This document shows positions 49,153 through 61,242 of a stretch of 64,000 bases of DNA, one piece after another (positions within the stretch are counted from its first letter, which is position 1; each line of letters begins with the position of its first letter). The stretch covers positions 1,922,001 to 1,986,000 of the forward strand of contig MU008163.1 of the NCBI GenBank assembly GCA_010909165.1, written 5' to 3'. The DNA is from Anthoceros angustus. Lineage: Eukaryota; Plantae; Anthocerotophyta. Under the pieces are notes generated by a model. It saw only the letters and a list, made by a program, of their open reading frames with translations, was not told the origin of the DNA and ran no database searches. The translations under genes were made by a program, and so were the position numbers.

Positions 49153-49593
49153 CTACAAGCGCAGTCTCGTACCTTCACTAGACATCAGGTCTCCTGCAGG
49201 CCAGCCCATGGGTGTCATCAATGAAAACAACTCGGCCTGGTTAGACGGCCGGAACGTGGTCTCGGGCCACACGATGACATGCGCATCTTCCTCATCCTCT
49301 CTTTCGTCATCGCTCTCAACCTGGTCGTACTCCTCAGGCGGCACCCAGTAGGAGCTCCCGGGTATGAGCGGCAGCCAGGCCGGAGCAGCCTTCTGCAATC
49401 TAAACTCCTTGAGCGCCTGCGTCAGCTTCCTGCTGGCACTTCCGTCCGGGTCCACCTCCACGGACTCCTCCCAGGCTGCGTACCGTCTCGTGCACACAAT
49501 TTGCGGTGCCTGGCTGAGCAACGGAGATCGAAACAACGCGGTGGCCACAGTCCAGCGAGCACATACCGCCATTCCCCTGCTCCCCGAAGCCAT
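49153..49593 (-). CDS. Conserved uncharacterised plant protein (APxWLPxxPGSSYWVPP ... TxxGWP family), 146 aa, possibly organelle-targeted
   Basis: KAAPAWLPLIPGSSYWVPP and ELFSLMTPMGWP match the motif pair of a known land-plant hypothetical family; Arg/Ala-rich N-terminus. Confidence 0.78.
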   Translation of the reverse strand: MASGSRGMAVCARWTVATALFRSPLLSQAPQIVCTRRYAAWEESVEVDPDGSASRKLTQALKEFRLQKAAPAWLPLIPGSSYWVPPEEYDQVESDDEREDEEDAHVIVWPETTFRPSNQAELFSLMTPMGWPAGDLMSSEGTRLRL

Positions 49594-50083
49594 CGCCAAA
49601 CCCTTCTGCGCCTGGTGCACTAGACCGAAATGCGCGCTCGCCTCCTACCTGCCAGTCCACAGTTGCCTCATGTCCTGCCCAGCTGAAACCCACCACAGGT
49701 CGGATGACATGCACGAGCCTTGTGACCTAAAACTTGGACTTCCCCGTCTGACAAGTTGCCAAGAAGAAGGAAAGGGGAAGATGACGACGGAAAGGAAACA
49801 CCTGCAAACAGCTATATAAGAAATAGCAGGCGCGAATGTCAATCTTGGCCGCCAAGTAGCCAGAACAGGAAATTGGCCGGCCTCGGAAGTGTATATATGT
49901 AGTGGTGGGCGATCACTGATGCGCCTATATGGACCCGTTGAGTCTGTTTGGTGCGGAGTGCCGGGATCGACCACCAAGAAGGATCCAGCCTTGGGCCTCG
50001 AAGGGCTCTAGGGTTGGGGCGATCTCCGCGGTGCTGGAGCTGTGTCTGTGATCGCAAGCGTGAGACAGAGCTCGGAAGGAATC

Positions 50084-53000
50084 ATGGTGAGGTCCAAGTG
50101 TGTTTTAGAGGCTCGGGATGCTGTTGGAGGAGGATATGGGTGTTGCGAAAGGGGCTTATTTGATGCGTTTCCGCATTTGCAGTTTACATTCGCGGCAATC
50201 AATGATGTGGAGGTGGGAGATGGTGATGTCGACGAGGAGGTACCCACCAAAGAAGCGCAGGTATGCTTGTGGTTCAGGGATGGACTGCGTGGAGAGAGAG
50301 CGAGAGAGATTGTGTGGATGTTCTGATTTGGATTTGTGTGCAGGAGTTTCACCTCACTGAGATGTATGAAGAAGCTCTCGTTAAAATGCAAGCGGGGCAA
50401 TTCGAAGTGGCTAAGGACTTGCTTCAGTCAATATTGCAGAACCCTCTTCTTCAGGGGCAGGTGGGTTTCGGATGCGAAAAGGACACGCTTTTTGTTTAAG
50501 GATTTGTGTTGCTGATTGTGATTTAATGGCTGCAGATGCATAGCTCATCGAGTGCCAACTTCATGCCTCATTTAAGGTGCGTGTGGTCCTCCATGTGCTA
50601 TTGCCAATTCTCATGATTGTTTGGGACAATATATCTGTTTTGTACCATAGTTTTCTGGATCAATCGTTGCCCATGTCACTGATGTCTGTCGCTGGCTGTG
50701 TGACGGACCCTGGATTTCTTGTTTCAGATATTCAAGCTTAAAAAATTTGGCGGAAGCATTGACCAAGCTGGGGTCGGAATATCATGGAGAAGCATTGCAC
50801 TGTTATCTCCAGGCCGTGGAAATGGATGATAAGGATGTTGTCATTTGGAATCGACTTGGGACTCTCGCTGTCTCGCTTGGCCGTTTGTTTATGGCTCGAA
50901 GAGCCTTTGAACAGGGTGTGCTATGCAGTCCGCGTAACTGTAAGCTTGAGCTTTTCATATTTCTTGGGTCCTAGGCAGTTGTTTTTCATTAAGTTTGATT
51001 TGAGAGTCTGACTTGACTTTAGAAGTGGGTGCTCATTTCCTCGTGTTCTTTCTCTACAGGGCTTTGTATGGAGAAGTTGTTGGAAGTCCTGATTGCTGTT
51101 GGTGATGAGCTTGCATGTGCTTCTGTAGCAAAGCAACTGCTACAGCTTTCACCTTTTCATGCAAGGGCACGATATGTCCATGATGTTCTGGAAGGGCGTA
51201 TTAACTATCACATGATAAATCAGGACGAATCTTGCAATAATTTGCCGGGTTTCGTGCCATACGGCATCGACCTCCTTAATCCAACACACCGCAGCTTGTC
51301 GTTCACCAAGAAAAGGAAGTTGGAAGAGCTTGAAACAGATGAATCCTATCGCAAGAAGCAGCGATTGCACTGCATAGATTTGAGAATAAGTGACCCGTCG
51401 TGGGTTACCCTTGCAGACACTCTTCTAAGGGTCTTGCAAGAAAAGCCATCACTGTCCCCATATTGTATGATCGGTGGTGAAAAGAAATCGTTTCAGGATT
51501 TACAGAAGTCTGATGCGTGGCCCATAGCAAATGCTCGTCTCCAGTTTGCTGTGAGTGGCCCTGAGCTCGACATGGAAGATGTGACAGGGTCACATGATAT
51601 ACCGTTGCAGGTGAAAGATAATGTGTCCCTAGAGCATGATGGGTCGAGCTGTGCAACAGAACTGACTCCATGTCCACCTCTTAATGACAGTTCATGCTGT
51701 GAGGAAGCTGCCATCAGTAAAGGCTCTGGGGCTGACTTGCAGGACGGTAGACAAGAGGATAGGGCGGAGGTAGCTGGGCTGGCAGGAGACCCTAAGAATG
51801 CTGGCAGAAAGGATGCTCAAAGTCATCAGGATTTGTTGCATGAGCGTCGTAGTTCTCGAATTGAACGATTGCGAAGTGGGTGCACTGTTGGACAGGATAA
51901 AGGTATGGATCTTGAGGAAAATGGGAAGCACTCAAAGGACTTGATGCTGTTGCTTGAGCCTTTTGTTGTTCACCCTGTGGATGAAGAAGAGAGCTGTGTA
52001 GAACTTGCCAGCGGGAGTCTTGTCGCTGAGTCCTCACCTGTACAGCCACTCTCTGCGGATGAGCAGCAAGCAGAAGTTAAGGAGTTTCTTCACAATCAGA
52101 CTGCAAACAGTGGTGCTTATGATGTGAGTGAGAGGTTGCTGGAAAAGCTGGCCACATCCAAGTGTGTGGCAGACTATGCACCGGTGCTGGAGCTAGAGAA
52201 GCGGATAAGGCTATCAACAAAGAGGAAAAGAACAATCAGCTGCAGCCTGTTTCTTGCTGAGCTGTATGCAGATGCAGCAGCAAGTGCAACCAGTGAAGAT
52301 ATTGCTAAACAACTTGTGGAAGATGCCAAATACCACCAATGTACAGTATGGGAGGATGTGGCTTCAGAAGTGGAGCTGTCAGATGGGTCCAGCTCAGGAT
52401 CCCTTCATGGTCTTCAGATTGGACCAGCTCCCGATGCAGGAGACATTGGATATAAGAAAGGAACCCCTGATTTAAGTGTTGACAATGTACATGGTGATAT
52501 GGTTGAGGATGCAGGATTGGCCTTCTGTCCCATGAAGTTTAGTCTGCAATCAAGTCCCTTCACAATGTCCTCCACTCGAGGACAGGAATGGCCTTTTTGG
52601 GTCCGTTATCACTGGTTGGATGGTCGTATTAAAATTATTTCTGGCCAACAGGAGCAAGGTTTGAAGCGGTTAAGGACATGCCAGAAATTACTTGAGACAA
52701 AGGAGCAAATGGACAACTCAGTTGCTGCTGTTACTCTACCTCATTGCAAGGTAGATAGTCTTGTTACCACTTCCGCTATACAGAAAAAGATTGGGGGTTT
52801 AGAAATTGTGGACCTGATAAGAAATGGCGGCATGAAGGCAGTTGAGCAGGGTCGCTTTGAGGAAGTTATAGAGATGCTCTCTCCAGTCCTGTTTTCAATG
52901 AAAGGTCAGACAGTGGAGAAAGTGAGGCCAGGTGGTGGGTGCACTCTTCGAGACATGGACTGCTCTCATGAACTTGTTGGGTTACGCCTAGTACTATTGG

Positions 53001-56000
53001 CTTCCAGAGAACTGAAGCCGGAGCACGTGATCCTAAGTTTGCAGTGTCATGCACGAAGGTTGGAAATGCTTTGCCACGAGGTAGACTCTAGGGATGGGGA
53101 CTGGAAAGAGGGTTTCTTGCTGCCCACACACGGCCAGGGATCTGCTTCTGATGTGAATGGAGTCCAAGAAATAAATTTGGACTCTGCCAGGCTGATCTCG
53201 GAGGAAGTAAGATGCATATCACGGTGTGCTGTTCGCGTTCGGGAGAATTTAGATTCGGGGAACTTGGTAAGCAACCTACTCTGTGGAACCGTCATCTTTG
53301 GATCACCCGTTCCGGAGTGCTCAATGTGTAATTGGCTTTGCAGGAACGAGGCACTGTACCACTTTCTCTCCTCAGGAGGCTCCAGCTGCAGATTCTAACA
53401 GTAATGGGCCAGAATGTAGACTCACTATGGCAGGTGAAGCCAGGTGCAAACTCTGGTGCTCACTTTCATGGTGTGTGTCTCGTAGACGCAGCTGTTGCGT
53501 TCTGCAGGCTGAAGTACTTAGATCTTGAGGCCACAATCAGTCAACAGGTAATGACCACCTCAATAAATGACACATGTGCTTGTGCACCAACAGTCTTTGT
53601 CTGACAGGAATTTGTTGACTCTGCAGGTGTCACTGCTTGTGACAGTCCATGATGTACTTGCTGAGCATGGGCTCTGCTGTGCGGGTGAAGATTGCGAAGG
53701 GGGAGAGGGAACCTTTTTACACATGGCTATCAAGCATCTTGGAGCTTTGGATCTGAGAATCAAAGGAATGAGCTGTAAACAGACACCTGGACAAAGTACA
53801 GGATCTCGGGATCAGAAAGGAACATGGGATGAATTAGATGAAACAGCTGCATCTGAGCATCAGTTCGTTGTGGACAGAGAAGGTGTTAGTGATGCTGCAA
53901 GTGTGCCTGATAAAGCACATGCTACGGTGGAAGTTAGCAGAGTGGTTGAGGGCAGTGGCTTCAATTCGGCTGAAAAAAGACGACTGGAGTCAGCCATTGA
54001 TTGTGCCCTTGATCAGAGTTTCTTTTGCCTCTACGGCCTGAACTTGCGGGGTGGTGACATAACAAGTCCCGAAGGAATTGCGCAGCACAAGAACACCAAC
54101 AGAGGAGATTATCAGACCAAGGACCAGTGTGCAGGAGTTCTTCAGTACATTTTGCCCTACGTGAATTCCTGCTCAGTAAGCTTCCTGTGCACTCTGTTCT
54201 GATTTGACAGGGCGACATGTATCAGTTGAGTCTGTGGTGGACTGAACGCTGTATCTGGATTTTGCAGAGATATCGACTTCAGAAGCTGAAGAAAGTTTTG
54301 CGAGCTGTTAGGGAACAATTTCCACAGCCTCCATATGAAGTGCTTTCGAGAAATCCGATTGATATATTCTTAGACGATCCAACATTTGATGAGAGCAAAC
54401 TTTACGAAATGATAATGTCTGGAGAAAGTGTTGAAGATATCTTGGAATTGGTGCTGGGGAAGGAGGATATCACAAGCAGCACACCCCATAACCTAGGTGA
54501 AAATGGGGTTGCTTCAGAGGTAAGGGCAGCGGAGGTGCATATTTTTCTGAACTCTGCATCGTCATCCATATCCTGTATGCCCATTACTGTTGAAGCCTCT
54601 TGCTCAAAAGCTTCACGAGGCAGTGAGAAGGATGGTGAAACTCTGGTCAACAAATCCCTTGAAGACAAGGTTCCTCCTCCTGATCCGTATTCGGAGGTTT
54701 ATGAGAACCTGTACTATCTGCTTGCCCAGATTGAGGACATGAGTGCAGGTGAGAAGTATCCTGGATTCATCCTGACCACAGAGGGAGAGCAGTTCATCTT
54801 CTCAAATGCAAATCTTGTGAAGTACGATTTAATGTACAATCCAGCTCGATTTGAGAGCTGGCACAGGCTTGCCCATTTATATGATGAGGTTTGTTTTTCC
54901 GTCTCTTAAGCAACTCTGACCCGCTGTTTTTCAGCAACCTCTGCATTTTTTTACTTTTTTGCGATTGCAACCTCTGCAATTGATACTAATCAATGCAACC
55001 CACTACGTCACGTTTGTTATATTTGCAACTGCAGGACGTCGACTTGGTGCTTAATGACGGTAGCAAGAAAATCAATGCATGTTCCTGGCGACGAAAACCC
55101 AACTATGCTAGGCGCGTGGAGGCGAGTCGTAGACGAAGTCGCAGGTGCTTCCTAGTCAGTCTGGCTCTAGCAAGCACGCCAGAATTGCGGGTTGGCTCTC
55201 TAATCTCTAGTAGTCTAGTAGGTCTCTGCAGTAGCGATTGCTGCAATATTGAGTTTCACGGGTCTTGCAGAAGACTGAAGTTCCAGACTCCTATCTTCCA
55301 TTTGACACCTTGGTTGGGTGCTTGGCAGAGTGAGGTGCATGGACTCCTAGCTCTGGTTTATTATGACAATCTCCAGAATGTGGCTCCAGCGTATGATCAA
55401 CAGCAGAATGTTCCCATGAGGGATGCTTCATGGCTTGCTGCATGTGAAAGGGCATACATTCAGTTTGAAAGGGCACAGTCTTCCAGGTCTGATTGGTACA
55501 CCCTAACTCTGCACTTCGAGTTTCTGGTTCCCAGATTTTAACCCCAACAGGGCCAGCAGTTGTACTCATATATTGATTGCTGTTACAGGCCTGATTGGAC
55601 ACATCCGCATTACCAGGGAAAGCTTGCTGAGAAGATGGGGAGGCCTTACACAGAGTGGCTTGCCCACTATGCCAAGGCAGTGAAAATGAACCCCAGTGCT
55701 GTAGACACATTTTACAGGTTACATGCTTCGCGGATCAAACTCCTTTGCAAGAAACAGCTCGATGACATTGGATGCCTTCAGGTGTGTGACAAAGTCTGCT
55801 TCTGCCACGCTTCTCTCTGCTCCTCTCTTGCTGGTCGTGTCCTTATGCTTCTCTCGTGTGACAGGTTTTAGCACAATACTCATACTTGCCGGTCTCAAAA
55901 GAGAAAGTGGCAAAGTACTTGGGCCCCCATGGCTCAAGCAATGCTGTGTCAGAGGAGAACCTGGGCAAAGCTTGGAAGGCGCTATTTGATGACTGCATGG

Positions 56001-59000
56001 CAGCTCTGCAGCTGTGCATTGAAGGAGACCTGAAGCACTATCACAAAGCTCGTTACCGGATAGCCAAGGGATTCTACCATTTGGGCAGGGAGGAAGACAT
56101 CGAGCGGGCCAAAGAGGAGATCTCCTTCTGCTTTAAGTCGCACCGCTCACCCTTCATCATCTACATGTGGGAAATTGACGACTCATCCCGGAAAAACAAG
56201 TAAGCTCAACTCCCCTGCCTCTGCCCGCTGGTCACGTCTTGCTTTTAAATCGCCATACTTTTTCTTCCTCTGCCCACAACACAGCACGCTCTCACCAGTC
56301 TACATGAGATGCATCCAGTCCCGAGAGTCTGGACGGCATGAGATGAGGTTGAACGCTGAGCGGTTAACCCCATTCCTGTAGTTTAGTAACCAGTCTGGTG
56401 AGTCGGCCGGCCCTAATCTAGGGTGTTATGCCTCGGGCTAAATATATCGTCCCGTTCCAGCAGTCGATGATCAAGAAGGATGGCGGAACCCTTTCGCCGG
56501 GGCTGTTGTGGACGTGTTCGTCGTTCAGGGTTTCGAGGCCGGCCGGTGAGACTGGCCGGCGAAACTGGCGAGCTGGAACTTAGTTGTCCCTGCTTGTGTT
56601 AGTAGCGGAAGGAAAGGCACTTCGAATGGGTGTGTGTTGTATGCATGTGAGGGTGTGCCGGTATTTGTGTGACCTGGACGGAAGCGATGCCTTCCTGTAG
56701 GACGCTGCTTACCGACCTCCGGAATCATTCTTCCTCTTCTGCGCCGAGAAAGCTTCTATCTTCCCAAATACTTCTGCGAAGTCTGTCTCTGAATTTCCCT
56801 GATGGAGTTTCATAGTTATCTGTGATCTTTCCTGCTGGTTTTGATTGTGGTGAAGGTGGTGTGTAGACGTCCGGTTTGTGTTCCGCCCCAGTGTTTAGGT
56901 CTCCTGGCAATAGCTGCGCCAGTCCATGTCTTGCTCTCAAATTACGGGCGGAGGCATGGGGCGGTGTTAAGTTAAAGGGATCTCAATCGCTGTGCCGAAC
57001 GGATCACATGTACTCACAGTCACCACCCATTCGACTTCATATGGCGTTTGGGTCTGGGTCATTGAAGTAGTGGGTCTTGTGCAGCCGCCACAGCTTAGGA
57101 AACTTCTGTTGACCACCGTGGCTGGCACTGAAGAATGCAGCTTTTAGTTCCGTTGCATTTGTGGGGCAGTTAAGGAGTGCTCTTCTCTTGGTCTATTAGC
57201 TAGAGGTCTCTGGAAGTTGGAAATGGGATGTGAGCTGTGGGTAAGTGTGATCCGTTTGGTAAGGTGATTGGAATCTCTTTTCGGGCCTTCAATTCGAGCA
57301 TGGAGTGTCGCCACACGTGGTCGGGCACCCTTGAAATAGGGATCGCTGCTGTTGTGCGTGTGTCGGTCGTTCTGATTCCAAGAGAATTAACTGGCTGATC
57401 AGTGGTGGTGGCAAGCTCTTAATAAACTCCTTATACAATAAGACTCACTACCCTAAACCCTTAATAAGACTCTTCTAAACTCTCTTTGTGCAGGAAGAAG
57501 TCTGGTTATAGACTGTCTAGGTGCAGGAAGAAGAAGCCTGTTGACGGACTGTCTTTGTGCAGGAAGAAGAAGCCTGTTAACGGACTGTCTTTTTGCAGGA
57601 GAAAAGTTGCTGCTACCAATGGTGGAAAGATCGTGTTGGAGTTTGCCATCGCTGAGAGCTCACGGAAGTTCATCACCTGTGTGCGGAAATATTTGTTGTT
57701 TTATCTCACTCTTTGCGAGAGTACAGGAGATGTAAGTACACTGGAGCGTGCATACAATACTCTTCGAGCTGACAAGAAGGTATGCTTTCTGGTTTTCTTG
57801 GAATCTCTCTTAAGTTTCCTCTTTATTTCTTAAATCAACCTTGTAAGTGGCAAATCCTCACTCCCCAGATTGGTTTCTGATCCTTACCTTTCATGGCAGT
57901 TTTCGATCTGCTTGGAAGATATCTGTTATGTGGCGCTGGGGCACTACATAAGAACCTTGGCGACAGCTATAAACATTGGCAGGACGAAAGCTGCAGGTGT
58001 AATCCCTTTTCAATCGTTGTTGGACAAGATGTTCCATGTTTGTCTAGACCATGGGAGCTCGTGGTGGTCGGATAAGAGTACGGGGGATGCAAGAGTTCAA
58101 GTCTCAGATGGCTCAATCTATAGGTTGGTATCTTGTCTGAAGCCTGTTCGCTTTCTAGCTGGAATATTGCTTTCACCCTGGAGCGTCTGAGAATGTAGAG
58201 CATAAATTGGGAGAAATGTATCGCTGATTAAATGTCACCTCGGGCCAAGGGTTTTCTGCCTGTCCCCACGTTCAGATTGCTAACTCTCATTGCCTTTGGG
58301 CTTCCGCTGAAGTGTCATGATGGCTAGTGTGCATGAACGAAGTTTTACAGGTTGTGGCACCTAACGCACGGTTTTAAATGTTTGCAGTGGCTATGTAATC
58401 GAGTATCTTGCTTACCTGGAAAGTAGCAATAATGTGGATGGACTTGAAGCAGTGAATGAGAAGCTCAGGAAGAGGTTCAAATGTCCTAAGTTGGTTGGAC
58501 CCCTGTGTGTGCATGTGTGCACCACTGCAGCTCTCTCCTGGTGTCGAGCTCTTTTCAGAGCCTTGTCTGCCATGACCCCACTTTGCCCAGAAAATCCTCA
58601 TAGTGAACTTTCAGAACCTCGTCTGATTGTTGATTTGTTGCCAGACGCTGTGGTAGATCTGAAACAGGCAGGTCATGGCTACGCAGTGGTAGATGATGAT
58701 GCTAATCATGAACGAGGTGCGCCTGTCATGGCTGCCTCATCATTCCCCTCATGGATGAGGAATATACATGTCACCAAGGTTGCTCCTGAAGACCTGGACA
58801 AGGCAATAACCCTTCTTAAGTCTGCATATACCTTTCACCGTGAAAGTGCTTTGCAGTCCATGCCAGAGGGTGTCAATATGTTTATCAAGGGGTCTCCGGA
58901 ATTATTATCAGGTTTTGGTTATCCTCCATCTAACGTACATGCTGCTAGGGCATCGCAAGCGGGTGAACGTGTTGATGTGAGTGCTCCTAGGAAGCTGTTG

Positions 59001-59566
59001 TTGTGGGCGTTTACTCTTGTTCATGGACAACCTTGCAGTATGGCAGATGTGGTCAAGTATTGTGATGAGCAGGCTAAGGTTGGTAGCAATTGTAGTGTGC
59101 ATATTTTTTCTTGCATGTTATGTTTTTTTTTTTAATCCTTTGGTGTATCTCTTAGTGCAATCTTCTCACGGCTTGTCGTTTCCCTGGACAGGGGCGACAC
59201 AAGAGAGGATCTGCAGTAGCAGGTGTGCTCTCTGTTACACCAGGTGCGTAAACGTCTGACTTAGTGTGTTGACAGGTAGCTAGCCAGCTTCTTTTCGCAC
59301 ACAAGTTGATTTGTGATTCTCCAATGGCAAAGGCTTTCTAGGATTTGCTGATTACAGCTGTGCTGTCCTGCGTAGGTTCCTCAATCCCTGTTAGCTTGAA
59401 ATCTTCTCAGGCCCTTTTGGCTTGAAATCTTGCAGGAGCTCCTGACGTAGTTGAGGCACCGAGCGCAAAAGATGCCACTGGTCATGTCACTTACGAGTTG
59501 TCCAGGCAGGCACGTGACCACGGTTCCACCAGCTCGATGACTGAGATTGCTCTTGGAGATGTCTGA
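50084..59566 (+). CDS. CABIN1: Calcineurin-binding protein 1 (HIRA complex TPR subunit), multi-exon; last exon uncertain
   Basis: ATG-only first coding exon (50084-50086) spliced to FTFAAIND...PTKEAQ|EFHL. Motifs [80 protein letters not shown]. Confidence 0.92.
56200..57480. other. Unusually long (~1.3 kb) CABIN1 intron, probably containing an insertion
   Basis: Donor GTAAGC at 56200; other introns in the gene are ~60-270 nt. GC-rich interior ending in AATAAA and CCCTAAACCCT. Insertion boundaries and target duplication not found. Confidence 0.45.
57483..57600 (+). repeat. 33/36-bp tandem repeat containing four in-frame 3' splice acceptors
   Basis: TGCAG|G with AG ending at 57493, 57526, 57562 and 57598. 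Confidence 0.85.
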
Positions 59567-61242
59567 GCAGGTAGAAGCTTAGCCAGATGGTCCTGCGTTT
59601 CTGGGCACACAAATCTTCAGGTGGATAATTTGGGGGTGTCCCTTCTCTGTGGGATTATATTGAGGTGATTCTACATGTCCTTCGGATGGAACATATTTGG
59701 CACTGCTTGTATGTCCTGGAAAGGAATCCAGTAACAATAGAAGTCCAGCTATGTCCGAATACTTGCGTATAGGACCACTCAACCAGTCAAACTGTAAATG
59801 TACCTCCCACATAAAATGCTGACTTTGATATTTCTGGGGCAGTTGTTCTTTTCCCAACAGCCGAAGTTATGCTCCTGCCCACAAGCGTTCTTTCTACACA
59901 GGGAGCCAGGTAAACCTACCACAATAGGTTGAAGGCAGGCATGTGTTGAGTTGATAACTCTTTATTCCGTTCTCTATTTCGTGAGGAGGGTATGCAAGCT
60001 CTCTCACACAATATAAGGCACAGGCTCACCGGGGCCTTGTGCAATTGCACTGACGTGCCATCGTGTATGTCTGCAGGTTCTGTCTGGTACACTCATGTCA
60101 TAGTTACCACCTTCCTACAGATGTATCAGAAGATTCGAACTTGGTGCCGACCCCCCCTTCCCGGGGGTCGGGCTTGTATCCCGTCACAACACCTGAGATT
60201 CCTGTTTTGTAGCTGTTACGGTACTCTGGGACTCTCCGGAAGGAAAGGCTGTTCCGTTCGCAGAGCAAAGGTTAACTAACTCCACCCTGTGTGGGTTGTC
60301 AGGGGATGGGACTCGGCACACCGCAGATCACTGTAGTGATCATCACGTGGTAACTTGAAGGTAACCTGTTGAAAAAAGGCACTCAACTGCAGTATGCGCT
60401 GTTTTGTGAGGAGAAATGTCTCCTCTTTATACACTGGGCAGGGTAGTGAGAAGTGAGTGAAAGTGGAAGGGCAAGTGCGAGAAGGGAAGCTGACAGGAGG
60501 GTGGGTGTGCCTTTGTCTGTCAGGACGAATAATGCGATTTGTGTGCGAAGGTGCTTTCAATACTTGGGATGCATCATCATGAGACTAGAGAAGTACATGT
60601 GACAAGTGTCTTATATGCCTATGTATGAGTATGTGTACCAAGTCTCCATAGAATGTTCCATACACGCCTCATTTGGCAGCGCTCACTAGGTCTCTTGATG
60701 TGAAAAGGGATGCACCATGTGCCTTACATGTGCCTTCAACAATGAACTGTCCCGCACATTTTGGCTCACTCCTGGTTCCAGCCAGAATGCTTGAATATGA
60801 ACTTGGTACAGCCTCCACCGTTTCTTTCCTCGATGCCTGCGCTATACGGAAAAGCATGCACTCCACCCCGCTTTCTGCAAAGAGATTGACTGAACCTTGC
60901 CTGTGCAAGGCTTTATCGATAGACCAGGGCCGCCAGTTCCGAAGTGCGGGCATGCGTGGGCGTCGCAGTCTGCAGCTGCCTTAGACTGAGCAAAGGAACC
61001 AGGGGGTGAGGAGCGTCGGATCCCGCTCCTGATGCATTCCAAGTTCCAATTCTCCCAAGCTTGCTCCCCGATGGGCAGTGAATGGCAGTGTGCACACCTT
61101 GGGAAGGTCTCACGGAGAAATAAGTTGCTGGGCTCTGGCCGGATGGCCCTGACTGCGTCTGAGGCTGCCGTACAGGTTAGAGGTGGAGGAAGCTAGGATT
61201 GCTGGCCCAATTCCCACCTACGTGTTCTTGATTCACGACGAC

